64,000 nt of DNA, from NCBI GenBank assembly GCA_964392445.1, contig CAYMPD010000004.1, forward strand, positions 26,089-90,088, read 5' to 3'. Under the pieces are notes generated by a model. The model ran no database searches. It was not told the origin of the DNA and saw nothing but the letters and a program-made list of their open reading frames with translations. This DNA is from an uncultured archaeon. GTDB taxonomy: Archaea > Aenigmatarchaeota > Aenigmatarchaeia > CG10238-14. The translations under genes and the position numbers were made by a program. Positions 1 through 8,831 of this stretch are shown one piece after another (within the stretch, counting starts at the first letter, position 1; every line of letters begins with the position of its first letter).

Positions 1-1
1 T

Positions 2-124
2 GGAAATGAAATGAAAAGATGTGGTCCTTGGAACCCCTTAATCAATCTTTCAGATGCTAATAATTGGAGTGTAGCTCATAAAAATGTAGATAGAGTTCGA
101 AAACCTGAAAGAAGAAGATTCTAA
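2..124 (+). CDS. 3' end of a CDS running in from before the window (hypothetical)
   Basis: Open frame GNEMKRCGPWNPLINLSDANNWSVAHKNVDRVRKPERRRF ends at TAA 122-124, abutting the convergent ORF stop. Confidence 0.4.
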   Translation, partial: GNEMKRCGPWNPLINLSDANNWSVAHKNVDRVRKPERRRF

Positions 125-402
125 AACAAACTAAATATCCCTTTTTGAATCAAAAAAACAAAAAATACCACATTAAAGAATCCATTACTAAATCCAAGAA
201 GCAAATAACCACCGATACCAGCATCAATAATGCTCACAAAGTTCAAACCACCATAACCAATCCCGAGAATTATTCCGAACAGAATCCCTTTAACAACCAG
301 ATAGCCACCAACAATTCTGTCAATATTACCTGGAAAAAAAGAAGAAGCTAGCAAGACTATTGAGCAGAAAATATCAAGCAATCCAAGTATTCTTCTTATC
401 AT
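121..402 (-). CDS. Small hydrophobic membrane protein
   Basis: 93 aa, almost entirely hydrophobic and Gly-rich helices. Confidence 0.7.
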   Translation of the reverse strand: MIRRILGLLDIFCSIVLLASSFFPGNIDRIVGGYLVVKGILFGIILGIGYGGLNFVSIIDAGIGGYLLLGFSNGFFNVVFFVFLIQKGIFSLF

Positions 403-464
403 AACTAGTTCTTGTTAGTTAAGAGTTTTATAGATGAAAGGTCAGAATTTTGGAAATATAGCGA

Positions 465-764
465 TTAGTAGCTTGTTGTTTCTATAGGCTTCGAGTCCCC
501 TCTTTCAAATCTTATTTTATTATAAGAGAATCTTATTAATCCGTCAATATCTAGACCTCTCCTGAGTCTGGGATAGCGAGTATATAATTTATTTATTACC
601 TCTGATTCTAGGTCTCCCCTGACTGGGAGATATAGATCATCAAATTCTGGAGCTCGTCTATCCTCAAATATTGATTCTATATATTCACCTACAACCCTAA
701 TAACAAATTCTGGTAGAAATTTATCAGAGTCTACATCAAAACTACTCATAGTAATAGATAACAA
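465..764 (-). CDS. Hypothetical protein (orphan)
   Basis: 99 aa ORF filling the intergenic space, no recognised motif. Confidence 0.55.
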   Translation of the reverse strand: MLSITMSSFDVDSDKFLPEFVIRVVGEYIESIFEDRRAPEFDDLYLPVRGDLESEVINKLYTRYPRLRRGLDIDGLIRFSYNKIRFERGDSKPIETTSY

Positions 765-811
765 GTGAAACGTTTTATCTCTAACATTTACCTTTTATAG
801 AAAAAATAATA

Positions 812-2668
812 CTACCTAAACAAGAACGAATTTATCATTATCGATATTGTACTGGAAACACTCGCTGCGCATGCTAACAAGGGACTAACAGTTAACCCCA
901 ATCCCATCAACAAACCCGAGGCAATTACAACCGCAGCAAGATTATAGGTATAAGTCCAGAAAAGATTCTGTCTTATTTTGGTCTGTGTAAAATCACTTAT
1001 TTTTATCAATTTTTTAACCATTGTTAGATCGTTTCTTGTAAGAACTACATCCGCAGACTCCTTGATCAAATCTAGTTCATTATTAACCGATATTCCAACA
1101 TCTGCTTGGGCAAGTGATGGAGCGTCGTTTATCCCATCTCCTATCATTACCAACCGCCCTTTCTCTCTTAATTCTTTGACTATCTCGAGTTTGTTTTCGG
1201 GTGTTACTTCTGAGAATATTTTTTCGATTCCTAATTCTTCTCCTATTCTTTCAGCCTTTGTTTTTGTATCGCCAGTTAACATTATTATTTCATTGCCTCT
1301 TTTTTTAAGGAATTCCACTAGTTCTTTTGACGCTTCTTTTAATGTATCTTGGAATTCAATCAAACCCATAGGCTTTCTATCCACACACACTATCACAGTA
1401 TTTTGCAAATCTTCAGGTAACCCATCCTTTTCTATATTGAATTTATTTAGTAAACTCTCCTTCCCCACATGGATCGTGTGATCTTTGTATCTAGCATAAA
1501 CACCCATCCCGAAGTATTCACGGAAATGATCGGGTTCAGGTACTCGTTTATTTTTATCGAGTTGGTCGTACAGAATTTTCACAAGTACATGCGAGGAATT
1601 CTTTTCGGCTATCAAAAAGTATTTAATGACCTCATCACAACTAAAATCATTCAGAGTTTTTATCTGATCTACCATCCATTTTCCCTCAGTCAGTGTCCCA
1701 GTTTTGTCGAAAACATAGGTATTAATTTCAGGCAGCATCTCCACACTTCTTGGATTTTTAACAATAATCCCATTCTTAGTCAATGTTATTATTGCGAAAA
1801 TTATTGCTATGGGTGTCGCTAGGACTAATGAGGCGTTTGATGATATTACTAGGACAGTTGTTGCTTTTTGTAAGGCGTTATAAGTTGAAACACCCAAGAA
1901 TTTCCAAATTCCAAATGTTGCTAGTGATGATAGGATTATGAAGAACATGAATGCTTTGTAAGATTTTGCTAGTCTTTTTTTGTTCTGAGTTTTTGATTCT
2001 TCAACATTTTTTATCAAGTCCACTATTTGTGAGAGATAGGTATCTTCACCCAATCTTTCAACTTTAACTTTTATCATCCCGTCTATCACTATTGTTCCAG
2101 CGATAACTTTATCACCTCTTTCCTTTTCCACTTCTTGACTTTCGCCAGTGATTAAACTCTCATCCACGCATGAACTTCCTGAGACTATTTCTCCATCGAC
2201 TGGAACCTTTTTACCTGAGGCGATTATTATGATGTCACCTTCTGATAGACTTTTGATTGATAACATCTTCTCTTTTCCATTTCTTATTACTTTGACTTTT
2301 TTGGGTAGGAGTTTGTATAAGTCGGAAAATGTTTTCTGGATTCCTTGGTAAGTTTTTTGTTCGATTAGTTTTGTAATGTAGTAAATCAGGATCAGTATTC
2401 CCGTGATGTAAAAATAGGTTTTTTGTTGGATTGTCATTCCGTAGATACTGAGAATATAAACCGAAGCTGTACTCAAGAGGACTAGTAGATCAATGTTGTA
2501 ATCCCCTAAATTCTCTTTTATGATGTAGTAGGATGTTGTTATTTGGATGATTGTTGTGAGTGTGAGTAGAATAAGTATATTCTCCGGATTAACTATTCCA
2601 AGCATTATTACAGGTAAACCTACTACTAGGTTAACAAGAAACAGGCATGCCAGTAATTTCCCCCTCAT
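812..2668 (-). CDS. P1B-type (heavy-metal family) P-type ATPase with an atypical metal site
   Basis: TGES, DKTGTLT, TGD, GDGINDAP motifs; VISSNASLVLATP where CPC is expected; start moved to ATG 2668 (MRGKLL). Confidence 0.9.
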   Translation of the reverse strand: MRGKLLACLFLVNLVVGLPVIMLGIVNPENILILLTLTTIIQITTSYYIIKENLGDYNIDLLVLLSTASVYILSIYGMTIQQKTYFYITGILILIYYITKLIEQKTYQGIQKTFSDLYKLLPKKVKVIRNGKEKMLSIKSLSEGDIIIIASGKKVPVDGEIVSGSSCVDESLITGESQEVEKERGDKVIAGTIVIDGMIKVKVERLGEDTYLSQIVDLIKNVEESKTQNKKRLAKSYKAFMFFIILSSLATFGIWKFLGVSTYNALQKATTVLVISSNASLVLATPIAIIFAIITLTKNGIIVKNPRSVEMLPEINTYVFDKTGTLTEGKWMVDQIKTLNDFSCDEVIKYFLIAEKNSSHVLVKILYDQLDKNKRVPEPDHFREYFGMGVYARYKDHTIHVGKESLLNKFNIEKDGLPEDLQNTVIVCVDRKPMGLIEFQDTLKEASKELVEFLKKRGNEIIMLTGDTKTKAERIGEELGIEKIFSEVTPENKLEIVKELREKGRLVMIGDGINDAPSLAQADVGISVNNELDLIKESADVVLTRNDLTMVKKLIKISDFTQTKIRQNLFWTYTYNLAAVVIASGLLMGLGLTVSPLLACAASVSSTISIMINSFLFR

Positions 2669-2810
2669 TATTAGAATTAATTGGAAGTGAAACTTAAATT
2701 TGGGAGTTGTTTTTGTGAAAATGTGTACAGGTGTCCATGTTTTGAATTTAAAGTAATTATACAAAAAGATAAAATTATCTAATTCTTTAATAAAACTAGT
2801 TACTTAAATT

Positions 2811-3092
2811 CTATACGACCTTAGATTCCGTCCTTAAAGTTCTAAAACCTTTATTCCAAAAACGGTTAATCGCAGCTTGATGAAGAGAGGTTGCAAAATA
2901 ACCTGTTTCACAATAATCTCCTCCTCTATCCTGGACAGGTTCATAGCCATCTCCTTCAAAAACCATAGTTTCATATGTTCTTTCATATGTTCCATTTTGC
3001 CTCGTTGTTGATACTCTTACAACTCTGTCTCTAGTTCCATCATTCCTTGGTCTACTCATATAGGTTGTTATTTGTTGTATCTGTTGTATCAT
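2811..3092 (-). CDS. Hypothetical protein (orphan)
   Basis: 93 aa ORF, no motif. Confidence 0.5.
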   Translation of the reverse strand: MIQQIQQITTYMSRPRNDGTRDRVVRVSTTRQNGTYERTYETMVFEGDGYEPVQDRGGDYCETGYFATSLHQAAINRFWNKGFRTLRTESKVV

Positions 3093-3286
3093 AGTTTCAT
3101 TCTATAATGTTAATTATTTAAACCTATCGTTTCTCAATTATAACCTCATTATTATCGTGTTTTCACACTTTTATCCTAGTATAATTTTTAGAATACATAA
3201 TTTTACACAAAACTTCAGTCATTTATTGTTAATTATTTTTCAACTTACCCATTAACTTTTTCTTAACTCAAATCGAACTATTAACC

Positions 3287-4495
3287 ATGAGATCAAAGTC
3301 CAAAAAAATAGTGAAAAAAACTCACAAATATTGTGTTAAAGGAACTTATGTTTACCCATTGACAATAAAAACAGGTAAAGGCTGTTACATCCAAGATCAC
3401 GACGGTAAATGGTATCTGGACTTCAATGCGAACGTTTCAAGTTGTAATGTTGGTTATGCTCACCCGGAAATCCAAAAGGTTATAGAAAAATACTCCAAAC
3501 TCGGGGCTCACAAAATCGCGGGACAAGACTTTTACACTGAAGAACAAGCAAATTTAGCAGAAAAACTAGTTAAAATAACTCCAAGAAAACTAAGAAAAGT
3601 ATTCTTATCAAATTCAGGTGCAGAATCAGTAGAAAATGCGATGAAATTTGCTTTCCGAAAAAAAGGACCATTACCCGGAGTAGGATGTTCAAGAGGATTT
3701 CATGGAAGAACTTTGGGGGCATTGACATTCACAGACAGTAAAGCCGTGCAGAAAAAGAACTTTCCTGAGATTAATCATGAATTAATTGAGTTTTGTACCT
3801 CAGATAACGATCCCAATATCTACCAGCTCGAAAAACTAATCCAAAGAGAATCTACTCCAGCATTTGTTCTCTTGGAATGTGTCCAGGGTGAAGGTGGTTA
3901 TAGGCCTGCGAGTAAAAAATTCATTAAGACCCTTAAAAAAATCAGTAAAAAACACAAATTCCCGATGATTCTGGATGAAATTCAATCAGGTTTAGGAAGG
4001 ACAGGGAAATGGTGGTCGTTTGAACATTACGGCATCATCCCAGATTTAATCACTTCTGCTAAAAGTCTACAAGTGGGTGCGACAATAACATCGAAAAAAT
4101 ACGACCCTAACGAAAAAGGTGCGGTATCTTCAACTTGGGGAGGTGGCCATAGAATAGACATGGCTATAGGACTGAAAACAATTGAGATAATTGAAAAGGA
4201 GAATTTGCTTAAGAACTCAGAAAAAATGGGGAATTATATGCTAAAAAGGTTGAATGAGATCAAAGAAAAGTATTCGGTTGATGTAATTGATGTTCGTGGT
4301 TTGGGTTTGATGATTGGGTTGGAACTAAGGGATGAGAAAAGAAGGAATTTTGTTGTTAAGGATTGCTTTAAGAACGGTCTTCTGCTTTTAGGGTGTGGTT
4401 TCAAGACAGTAAGATTTGCTCCTCCGTTGATAATTACTCGAAAAGAGATAGATGAAGGGTTAGAAATATTTGAGGAAGCGGTTAAGAAGTGTTAA
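3287..4495 (+). CDS. Class III PLP aminotransferase (4-aminobutyrate/ornithine type)
   Basis: SNSGAESVENAMK, FHGRT, DEIQSGLGRTG, TSAKSL (PLP Lys). Confidence 0.9.
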   Translation: MRSKSKKIVKKTHKYCVKGTYVYPLTIKTGKGCYIQDHDGKWYLDFNANVSSCNVGYAHPEIQKVIEKYSKLGAHKIAGQDFYTEEQANLAEKLVKITPRKLRKVFLSNSGAESVENAMKFAFRKKGPLPGVGCSRGFHGRTLGALTFTDSKAVQKKNFPEINHELIEFCTSDNDPNIYQLEKLIQRESTPAFVLLECVQGEGGYRPASKKFIKTLKKISKKHKFPMILDEIQSGLGRTGKWWSFEHYGIIPDLITSAKSLQVGATITSKKYDPNEKGAVSSTWGGGHRIDMAIGLKTIEIIEKENLLKNSEKMGNYMLKRLNEIKEKYSVDVIDVRGLGLMIGLELRDEKRRNFVVKDCFKNGLLLLGCGFKTVRFAPPLIITRKEIDEGLEIFEEAVKKC

Positions 4496-4496
4496 T

Positions 4497-5528
4497 TTAC
4501 ATTTTAAATCCAATTCCTTTAACACTAATGCTCTTACCTTCAACCTTAAACTTCACAGGTAACATCTTCTCAATAACCTTAACATTAGTAACAACATGAT
4601 CTGTTGCTCCTTCCACTGAAACACTTGACTTTCCGTCAGCTAGCGCCAAGAAAGGCAGTATCTGGTCAGCCATATATTTGTCCAAGCAAGCTCCTCGCTC
4701 GAGCGATTTCACTAGTTCTTCGGCAGCTTCTCGACCAACTATTTCTGCCTTTAACCCTCGTTCTCCAAGATAAGATGCACCCAAAACCGAATTTTCACAG
4801 ATGGCATAACATGTACAACTTGATCCTCGGGATAAACTGTTAACACGTTTGTAGGTCATAGAAGCCTTAGTTTTAGAAAAATGGTACTGAAGTAGTCTTA
4901 AAGCACTCTCTCCCTGTCTTTTAGCAATACTTTTCGGTAAATCCCCACATACAGAGTCCACATACAAAGATTTAATCTCTCCCCGTGTTTCACATATCCA
5001 AGGTCTTAATTTGCGTGCAGGTTCTGATTTTACTTTAATTCTTCCTCCACCTTTGGGATAATAGCCATGTTTAATGACTTCTATCCCAAGTTTAGCTCCT
5101 AGCTTGTTTAAAATTGGAAAAGCGACATTCTGGTAGTACTGAACTGTGGGAGACCATTTAACTTCTGTTCCACCTATTATCTCAAAAGAAACACGTTTTT
5201 TAGCGAAAATAAGGATTGGTAATAGTGTTTGAAGCAAAAGAGTAACACTTCCGGCGGTTCCTATGTTTATTTTACCAGAACTGACATCTAACTTTTTTGG
5301 AGTGAATTGTAATTCAGTTGAACATTCCTCTAACCCATTAACAACCGCATCACAGAATTCTTTAACAATTTTTACCCCCATCATGTGCTGAGGACGAAGA
5401 CCATGTTTTCCTAGGGGTTTATTAGTGCGGATATTGAACAACTTGACTGGTTCTTGGGTTAATGCTGATAGACCTATGGCTGTTCTTAAAACCTGTCCTC
5501 CCCCACCAGATCCATCTATCTCTATCAT
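4497..5528 (-). CDS. rtcA: RNA 3'-terminal phosphate cyclase
   Basis: MIEIDGSGGGGQVLRTA, AGSVTLLLQT, GGTEVKWSP, GYYPKGGG, YMADQ, DHVVTN (catalytic His). Confidence 0.93.
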   Translation of the reverse strand: MIEIDGSGGGGQVLRTAIGLSALTQEPVKLFNIRTNKPLGKHGLRPQHMMGVKIVKEFCDAVVNGLEECSTELQFTPKKLDVSSGKINIGTAGSVTLLLQTLLPILIFAKKRVSFEIIGGTEVKWSPTVQYYQNVAFPILNKLGAKLGIEVIKHGYYPKGGGRIKVKSEPARKLRPWICETRGEIKSLYVDSVCGDLPKSIAKRQGESALRLLQYHFSKTKASMTYKRVNSLSRGSSCTCYAICENSVLGASYLGERGLKAEIVGREAAEELVKSLERGACLDKYMADQILPFLALADGKSSVSVEGATDHVVTNVKVIEKMLPVKFKVEGKSISVKGIGFKM

Positions 5529-5530
5529 GA
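5493..5530. repeat. Direct repeat copy A (rtcA 5' end)
   Basis: ctgtcctcccccaccagatccatctatctctatcatga; 37/38 identical to 6783-6820, with looser similarity for about 30 bp further. Confidence 0.95.
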
Positions 5531-5537
5531 ATAATAA

Positions 5538-6128
5538 TTAGAAAAAATAAGTAAAATAAGTTATACACCTCAAGTTTTTTTTGGATTTCGCTTTGCTGTC
5601 TTTCTTAGATTTTTTTAATCTCTTTTTCTTATTATCCTCCATCTCTTTCAATACTATTCTAACTTTGTTAACTATTTCTTTTGAGGTTTCTTCTAATACC
5701 TCCAGTTTTTCCTTTTCAATTTCTGTTTTTGTCCCATATTGCATATCTTCTCTCATCGTCTTGGCATCGTTTTTAACTCCTTTACTAACGTTTCTTACAC
5801 TTTTAACATCCTTTTTTGTAAGTTTTATCTTCTTCAGATCTATCAGATGTTCTATTGTGGTGAATGTACATTCTTGATTTCGTGACTCATAACCTACTTT
5901 TGAAAGAATTGCAAGAAATGAATGATACATCGAATAAAATCCAGCATTTACAGCCCAGTCAGTGAATCCACCTTTTATGTTGTGTTTCATTGCTTTTAAG
6001 TTATGTAAAGCCTTCTCTATGTGCTTTTTAGATTCTTCATCACTCGACTTAACTTTTTTGATACCTCTGTGGTATTTTCCTTTACCTTTTCTTAAACACC
6101 AGTTGAATTTATCCTCTGTTCTTGTCAT
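5538..6128 (-). CDS. HEPN domain protein (putative toxin)
   Basis: KALHNL...WAVNAGFYSMYHSFLAIL...REDMQY pattern; start ATG 6128 overlaps the upstream stop (ATGA). Confidence 0.85.
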   Translation of the reverse strand: MTRTEDKFNWCLRKGKGKYHRGIKKVKSSDEESKKHIEKALHNLKAMKHNIKGGFTDWAVNAGFYSMYHSFLAILSKVGYESRNQECTFTTIEHLIDLKKIKLTKKDVKSVRNVSKGVKNDAKTMREDMQYGTKTEIEKEKLEVLEETSKEIVNKVRIVLKEMEDNKKKRLKKSKKDSKAKSKKNLRCITYFTYFF

Positions 6129-6721
6129 TTCATCATCACCTTTTTGATTGCTTTCACTATATAACGACTTCCCCATAAAATAAAACCCTTTCTTATTATA
6201 TCTAGTATCACTTGATCTTTTTCTCTGAGGTTTTGTTCCAAGTCTTTTTCTGTTTGGAAAACAGGGTGTATTTCTTTTGCTGATATAGAATTGATTTCCT
6301 CTATTTTCTTTTTTAGCTTCCTATAGTTTGAAGAATCGGATAAAACCAATATATCAATATCATTTGCTTCTTTTGGATTTTCTATGAAAGAGCCGAAAAC
6401 AATTAGTGAGTATGAAATATCTTTTAGTCCATCTAGGTTTTCCACCAATACCTCTAGATCTGGATTTTCTTTCTTTTGGGAGAGAATCAATTCTGAAACT
6501 TTAATTGCAATTTCATTATTTAGATCGATAGAATAAAATACTGAATTTCCCATCTTTTCAGGGACAAGTATTTCTTGAGCTTCTAACCTTTTGAGTATCT
6601 TATATCCTCCCATTGGACTAAGATCAAGTTCTCTGGTTAATTGGTTGATGCTATACTTTTCTGTGAAATTTCTAATTAAAAAATTAATTACTCTTGCTTC
6701 ATTCTTTGTTAATGATATCAT
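6125..6721 (-). CDS. wHTH + minimal nucleotidyltransferase (MNT antitoxin)
   Basis: N-terminal HTH (YSINQLTRELDLSPMGGYKILKRL), then VFGSF-x7-NDIDILV (GS...DxD). Confidence 0.88.
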   Translation of the reverse strand: MISLTKNEARVINFLIRNFTEKYSINQLTRELDLSPMGGYKILKRLEAQEILVPEKMGNSVFYSIDLNNEIAIKVSELILSQKKENPDLEVLVENLDGLKDISYSLIVFGSFIENPKEANDIDILVLSDSSNYRKLKKKIEEINSISAKEIHPVFQTEKDLEQNLREKDQVILDIIRKGFILWGSRYIVKAIKKVMMK

Positions 6722-6759
6722 ATACCTCTAGTATATAATTATATACCTCTAGTATATAA
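6720..6759. promoter_or_regulatory. Tandem palindromic operator over the MNT start
   Basis: Two exact 19-bp copies of atatacctctagtatataa (6720-6738, 6741-6759), each containing TATAC-N5-GTATA. Confidence 0.7.
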
Positions 6760-6776
6760 AGATTTCTTTAGTGGAA

Positions 6777-6818
6777 CTATAACTGTCCTCCCCCACCAGA
6801 TCCATCTATTTCTATCAT
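6777..6818 (-). pseudogene. rtcA: Truncated rtcA 5' fragment (MIEIDGSGGGGQL*)
   Basis: First 12 codons match rtcA, then Leu and TAG. Confidence 0.85.
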
Positions 6819-6820
6819 GA
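6783..6820. repeat. Direct repeat copy B (rtcA 5' end)
   Basis: 37/38 identical to 5493-5530, 1290 bp apart. Confidence 0.95.
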
Positions 6821-6851
6821 TTAATTAATTGGTAAAAGAAGTAAAAGTAAG

Positions 6852-7133
6852 TTATCCATCAAAATCCTTAAGAACGGTTTCAGCATAATCCATTATTTTC
6901 TTGTTTATGTTCATCTGTGCATCTTCTACTTTTTGCTTTATATCTGGATCGTCTCCCATAGTGTTTTCCACTGTCCACAAAACCAACAAATTACTTTGTA
7001 ATTCTGACCAAAAAAAAGCTTTTTGTACAAACCTCTTCATCTTATCTGGATTATTGGCTTTTAAAGCCTCCTCTTTCCAGGTCTGGTAATGAGGTGTACA
7101 TGTTTTAATTATTTCACGTGGCTCTAATTTCAT
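6852..7133 (-). CDS. Hypothetical helical protein
   Basis: 93 aa ORF co-oriented with and just upstream of the rtcA fragment. Confidence 0.7.
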   Translation of the reverse strand: MKLEPREIIKTCTPHYQTWKEEALKANNPDKMKRFVQKAFFWSELQSNLLVLWTVENTMGDDPDIKQKVEDAQMNINKKIMDYAETVLKDFDG

Positions 7134-7233
7134 GTGTTACTATAAGGTAGTACTCCTATATAAGTATTTCTATATTTTGTCACTTATTTGTGGTTACATA
7201 GGTTATAAGACTTCTGGACCCCAAAAATAATCT

Positions 7234-7551
7234 ATGTCCAAATCCCCTTTGCAAATAATCTTCGAACTTCTTGTTCTAATAATCCAAACAACAGTAGATG
7301 GACTAAAATTGATCTTTGAAAAATTAGTTGAACTATTCGAATCCCTAGTTTTTCTAGCAAACAAAGGAATATCAGGACTGATTGTAGCATCGGTTATAGG
7401 AGGAATCGTGGTAATACTAATCTCGAGGTTTATTTTCGGGAACACAAAAACACTTTTAAGAGTCCTTTTAGTTTATATGGGATTTGTTCTAGTCATGATT
7501 TTACTTTTTTTCCTAACTACTTCTAAAGGTCAAACTCCTCCTGTCTCTTAG
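7234..7551 (+). CDS. Small membrane protein
   Basis: 105 aa with two hydrophobic C-terminal helices. Confidence 0.65.
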   Translation: MSKSPLQIIFELLVLIIQTTVDGLKLIFEKLVELFESLVFLANKGISGLIVASVIGGIVVILISRFIFGNTKTLLRVLLVYMGFVLVMILLFFLTTSKGQTPPVS

Positions 7552-8788
7552 GAGCGACAGCGTCAATATTCTTAGAAATCAAATCTTCAGCAAAACTATG
7601 AGTATCATCCCCATGTACACAAAAAATCTTCTCAGCTCCAGTTTTTACGATAAAATCAATCAAATCCGAGTGAGAGGCATGAGCACTGAAATCCAATTTT
7701 TTAACCATCATCTTAACCTTAAAATCAAGATCCTCATGAACATATCTACCCGTTTTCAAGAGTTTATCACCCTCAGTATCGGGAACTTGAAATCCAGTCA
7801 TAATAAGTGAACAGTCTTCACGATTATGTAGTTTTTTTAAATAATAAACAACAGCACCACCAGAAAGCATACCACTGGTCGTAATAACCACACAAGGCTT
7901 CTTAACAAGTTTTTTTCTTTGCATATGATGTTCAACATACTTAACTCCCATTCTTTTCATTGCACTTTTAAGTGAATTATACTTATTCTGAAGGTGAGGA
8001 TAATCGTTAATAATATCAGTTGCTTGTCTAGCCATCCCTTCAACATACATAGGAGACTTAATTCCATATTTATCCAGAATTAACATAACTTCTTGTGATC
8101 GGGCAATAGCAAAGCATGCAATAACCGCAATACCATCATTCGCTAGGGTATTTTTAACCGTCTCAATTAGTTTCTTCTCTTCGGCTTCTCTGTTTGGATG
8201 TTCATTCCCAACATAAGTAGATTCAGTTATTAGAACATCGGGTGTAGGTATATTCATATCACATCCAGCCAACAATCGAGTACTGTCTGTGTTAAAATCA
8301 CCAGTGTAAAGAATATTTTTACCACCATTTTCAACAAAAAACATACACGAACCAGGAATATGACCAGCATCATAACTTGTTATTTTGGACTTACCAATCT
8401 TAAATGGTTTTCTATAATCAACTCTTCTGAATTTTTTCACTGCTCTTCTGGTATCATGACCTGTGAATCTGATTTTTTTCCCTTCCATTTTTGCGATTTT
8501 AATCGAATCTTTCCAAAGCATTCGGGAAAAGGGTAGTGTTATTTCTTGACCTATTAACGGACAATTCTGGCCTTGATGATAAAGATAGGGAACTGCTCCT
8601 GAGTGGTCTAAGTGGGTATGAGTGAGGAGGATTGAGTTGAGTTTTTCTTTAACCTCCTCCGGATACTGAATCGGTTCTTCTTGAAGCTTCACACCATAAT
8701 CCATTACTAATTTCTCGGTTCCTGTATCGACTAGAATTGCGGATGATCCTACTTCGTTACATGCTCCTAAAAAAGATATCTTTGTCAA
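7523..8788 (-). CDS. beta-CASP metallo-beta-lactamase ribonuclease (aCPSF2-like)
   Basis: THTHLDHSG, AGHIPGS, YTGDF, ESTY, TSGMLSGG, SAHAS motifs. Confidence 0.9.
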   Translation of the reverse strand: MTKISFLGACNEVGSSAILVDTGTEKLVMDYGVKLQEEPIQYPEEVKEKLNSILLTHTHLDHSGAVPYLYHQGQNCPLIGQEITLPFSRMLWKDSIKIAKMEGKKIRFTGHDTRRAVKKFRRVDYRKPFKIGKSKITSYDAGHIPGSCMFFVENGGKNILYTGDFNTDSTRLLAGCDMNIPTPDVLITESTYVGNEHPNREAEEKKLIETVKNTLANDGIAVIACFAIARSQEVMLILDKYGIKSPMYVEGMARQATDIINDYPHLQNKYNSLKSAMKRMGVKYVEHHMQRKKLVKKPCVVITTSGMLSGGAVVYYLKKLHNREDCSLIMTGFQVPDTEGDKLLKTGRYVHEDLDFKVKMMVKKLDFSAHASHSDLIDFIVKTGAEKIFCVHGDDTHSFAEDLISKNIDAVAPKRQEEFDL

Positions 8789-8831
8789 ATAAACAACTCC
8801 TTGAGAATTTAGTAGTTAGTATTTAAAAGGA

